From an uncultured Cohaesibacter sp. (GTDB lineage Bacteria > Pseudomonadota > Alphaproteobacteria > Rhizobiales > Cohaesibacteraceae): 24,000 nucleotides of DNA. Made by a program: the position numbers and the translations under genes. Every line of letters begins with the position of its first letter. Position 1 is the first letter of the stretch. Location: the NCBI GenBank assembly GCA_963682185.1, contig OY821667.1, positions 702,109 through 726,108 on the forward strand, given 5' to 3'. Below are positions 22,209 to 24,000 of the stretch, one piece after another. The notes beneath the pieces are model-generated. The model searched no databases. It saw nothing but the letters and a program-made list of their open reading frames with translations, and was not told the DNA's origin.

Positions 22209-22901
22209 TTATTCGACAGAAGCAAGATCTACAGTCACGCCCGGGCCCATCGTGGACGAAAGGGACAGTTTCTGCATGTAGGTACCTTTAGCACCTGCTG
22301 GTTTCGCTTTGGAAACAGCAGAAACAAAGGCTTTAATGTTTTCCACAAGGGCAGCTTCTTCAAAGCTTACCTTGCCTACGCCACCGTGAACGATACCGGC
22401 TTTTTCAACACGAAATTCAACCGAACCACCCTTGGAGTCCTTAACAGCCTGAGCAACGTCAGGAGTTACAGTACCCACTTTCGGGTTTGGCATCATGCCA
22501 CGAGGGCCAAGAACCTTACCAAGACGACCGACCAGAGGCATCATGTCCGGAGACGCAATGCAGCGGTCAAAGTCAATCTTACCGCCCTGAACGATCTCTA
22601 CCAGATCTTCAGCACCAACGATGTCAGCGCCGGCTGCCTTGGCTTCTTCAGCCTTGTCGCCACGAGCGAACACAGCAACACGAACGGATTTACCGGTACC
22701 TGCTGGCAGCTGGCAAACGCCACGAACCATCTGGTCGGCATGGCGAGGGTCAACACCCAGATTCAGAGCAATTTCGACAGTTTCGTCGAATTTGGTCTTA
22801 GAGGTTTCCTTGATCAGCTTGACTGCTTCCTCAACAGAGTAAGTTGCAGTGGCATCGAGCTTTTCACGTGCAGCGCGAATACGTTTTCCGACTTTAGCCA
22901 T
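22209..22901 (-). CDS. rplA: 50S ribosomal protein L1
   Basis: 230-aa [17 protein letters not shown]... with [24 protein letters not shown], typical L1. It starts 6 nt after rplK. Confidence 0.98.
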   Translation of the reverse strand: MAKVGKRIRAAREKLDATATYSVEEAVKLIKETSKTKFDETVEIALNLGVDPRHADQMVRGVCQLPAGTGKSVRVAVFARGDKAEEAKAAGADIVGAEDLVEIVQGGKIDFDRCIASPDMMPLVGRLGKVLGPRGMMPNPKVGTVTPDVAQAVKDSKGGSVEFRVEKAGIVHGGVGKVSFEEAALVENIKAFVSAVSKAKPAGAKGTYMQKLSLSSTMGPGVTVDLASVE

Positions 22902-22907
22902 GTGTCG

Positions 22908-23336
22908 TTACCCCACTACCTCAAAGCCCATTGCACGGGCGGTACCCTCAATCTGAAGCATGGCTGCTTCGATGTCATTGGCATTCAGGTCTTTCATCTT
23001 TGCTTCCGCAATTTCTTTAACCTGATCCTTGGTAACCTTGCCACCAACATCACGGCCCGGAGCAGAAGAACCCTTCTGCACGTTCGCAGCCTTCTTCAGA
23101 AGGTAAGATGCAGGAGGAGTCTTCATTTCGAAGGTGAAAGACTTGTCCTGGTAAATGGTAATGATCACCGGAATCGGTGAGTTCTTTTCCATTTCCTGCG
23201 TCTTGGCATTAAATGCCTTACAGAATTCCATGATGTTGAGGCCGCGCTGACCGAGAGCGGGACCAATCGGAGGAGACGGGTTAGCGGCCCCTGCCGGCAC
23301 CTGAAGCTTCAGGTAGCCTTGAATTTTCTTTGCCAT
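22908..23336 (-). CDS. rplK: 50S ribosomal protein L11
   Basis: 142-aa [47 protein letters not shown], the hallmark L11 N-terminal domain. Confidence 0.98.
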   Translation of the reverse strand: MAKKIQGYLKLQVPAGAANPSPPIGPALGQRGLNIMEFCKAFNAKTQEMEKNSPIPVIITIYQDKSFTFEMKTPPASYLLKKAANVQKGSSAPGRDVGGKVTKDQVKEIAEAKMKDLNANDIEAAMLQIEGTARAMGFEVVG

Positions 23337-23532
23337 TTTCTTTCCCTAACGCTCATAAGAGCACTGTTAGACACACGAAAGTCGCGCGGTCAGATCTTCC
23401 GTTCACCTGGCAAGCGAACCAATCTCCCGCACGAATGAAGACATCTCATTTAATTTCATGAAATGCCAAACCTGAAAAGGCACTTTACCAATCACCGATC
23501 TCCAGACCTGCGATTAAAAGCACCTTGGAAAA
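23337..23532 (-). promoter_or_regulatory. nusG-rplK intergenic region: probable rplKA promoter/leader
   Basis: 196 nt of non-coding sequence. It contains a perfect 12-bp palindrome ATTTCATGAAAT (23453-23464) and a lambda-type boxA-like TGCTCTTAT (23355-23363, minus strand). In E. coli the L11 operon leader is the L1 operator. I could not pick out a confident -35/-10 pair. Confidence 0.4.
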
Positions 23533-24000
23533 TCAGAGTTTTTCAACCTGATTATATTCGAGCTCGACAGGGGTCGCGCGCCCAAAGATAGACACGGTAA
23601 CCTTGAGGCGTGCACGTTCTTCGTCCACCTCCTCAACAAGCCCGTTAAAGGAAGCAAACGGACCATCGGAAACCCGAACCTGTTCGCCCACTTCGTAACT
23701 CACGGTCGGTGTCGGCTTCTGGACACCTTCTTCAACCTGCGACATCAAACGCTCAGCTTCGGCATTCGAAATCGGCATCGGTTTGTTATCTGCACCAAGG
23801 AAGCCTGTAACCTTGGGCGTATTCTTGATCAGGTGATAGGCGTCGTCGGTCATCGCCATTTTCACAAGCACATAGCCTGGGAAAAATTTACGCTCAGATT
23901 CGATCTTGCGTCCGCGCCGCACTTCAACAAATTTCTCGGTCGGCACCAGAATATCATCAAACAGATCTCCAAGACCGGTTTGATCGGCTTTCTGGCGAAT
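23533..24000 (-). CDS. nusG: Transcription termination/antitermination factor NusG (5' end outside the window)
   Basis: The reading frame stays open to the window edge (...[27 protein letters not shown]...). The C-terminal KOW region is present ([22 protein letters not shown]...). The M at 23946 in the ORF track is an internal Val codon, not the start. Confidence 0.95.
   Translation of the reverse strand: MRQKADQTGLGDLFDDILVPTEKFVEVRRGRKIESERKFFPGYVLVKMAMTDDAYHLIKNTPKVTGFLGADNKPMPISNAEAERLMSQVEEGVQKPTPTVSYEVGEQVRVSDGPFASFNGLVEEVDEERARLKVTVSIFGRATPVELEYNQVEKL

Overview
This window is core housekeeping sequence. All 27 protein-coding genes lie on the minus strand and form the conserved transcription/translation supercluster. 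In transcription order (right to left): nusG (5' end cut by the window edge), rplK-rplA, rplJ-rplL, rpoB-rpoC, then a 777-bp non-coding spacer. After the spacer come rpsL-rpsG-fusA-tuf (str), rpsJ-rplC-rplD-rplW-rplB-rpsS-rplV-rpsC-rplP-rpmC-rpsQ (S10), and rplN-rplX-rplE-rpsN-rpsH (start of spc). Three things point to an alphaproteobacterium, probably Hyphomicrobiales/Rhizobiales-like: rplKAJL-rpoBC, str, S10 and spc are contiguous; RpoB is 1380 aa and RpoC 1403 aa; and S3, L3 and the RNAP subunits carry C-terminal tails. Genus cannot be assigned from sequence alone. I see no mobile element, CRISPR array, tRNA/rRNA gene, defence or toxin cassette, and no gene without an obvious housekeeping identity. 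I therefore do not support a novel protein-coding system here. What remains unexplained is in the non-coding leaders. The rpoC-rpsL spacer is unusually long and ORF-free. Two Nus-factor boxA-like 10-mers (TGYTCTTTAA) lie on the sense strand of the rpsL and rplJ upstream regions. The rplJ leader has a three-segment arrangement of mutually exclusive pairings. The rplK and rplJ leaders share colinear short motifs. A 12-bp-stem hairpin occupies an atypically long rpsH-rplF gap at the window edge. All of these are sequence-level observations, most defined post hoc, and need comparative or experimental testing. Four ORF-track entries (rpsL, rpsJ, rpsQ, rplJ) have N-terminal extensions that I trimmed to the conserved start. 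The long plus-strand ORFs are antisense shadow ORFs.
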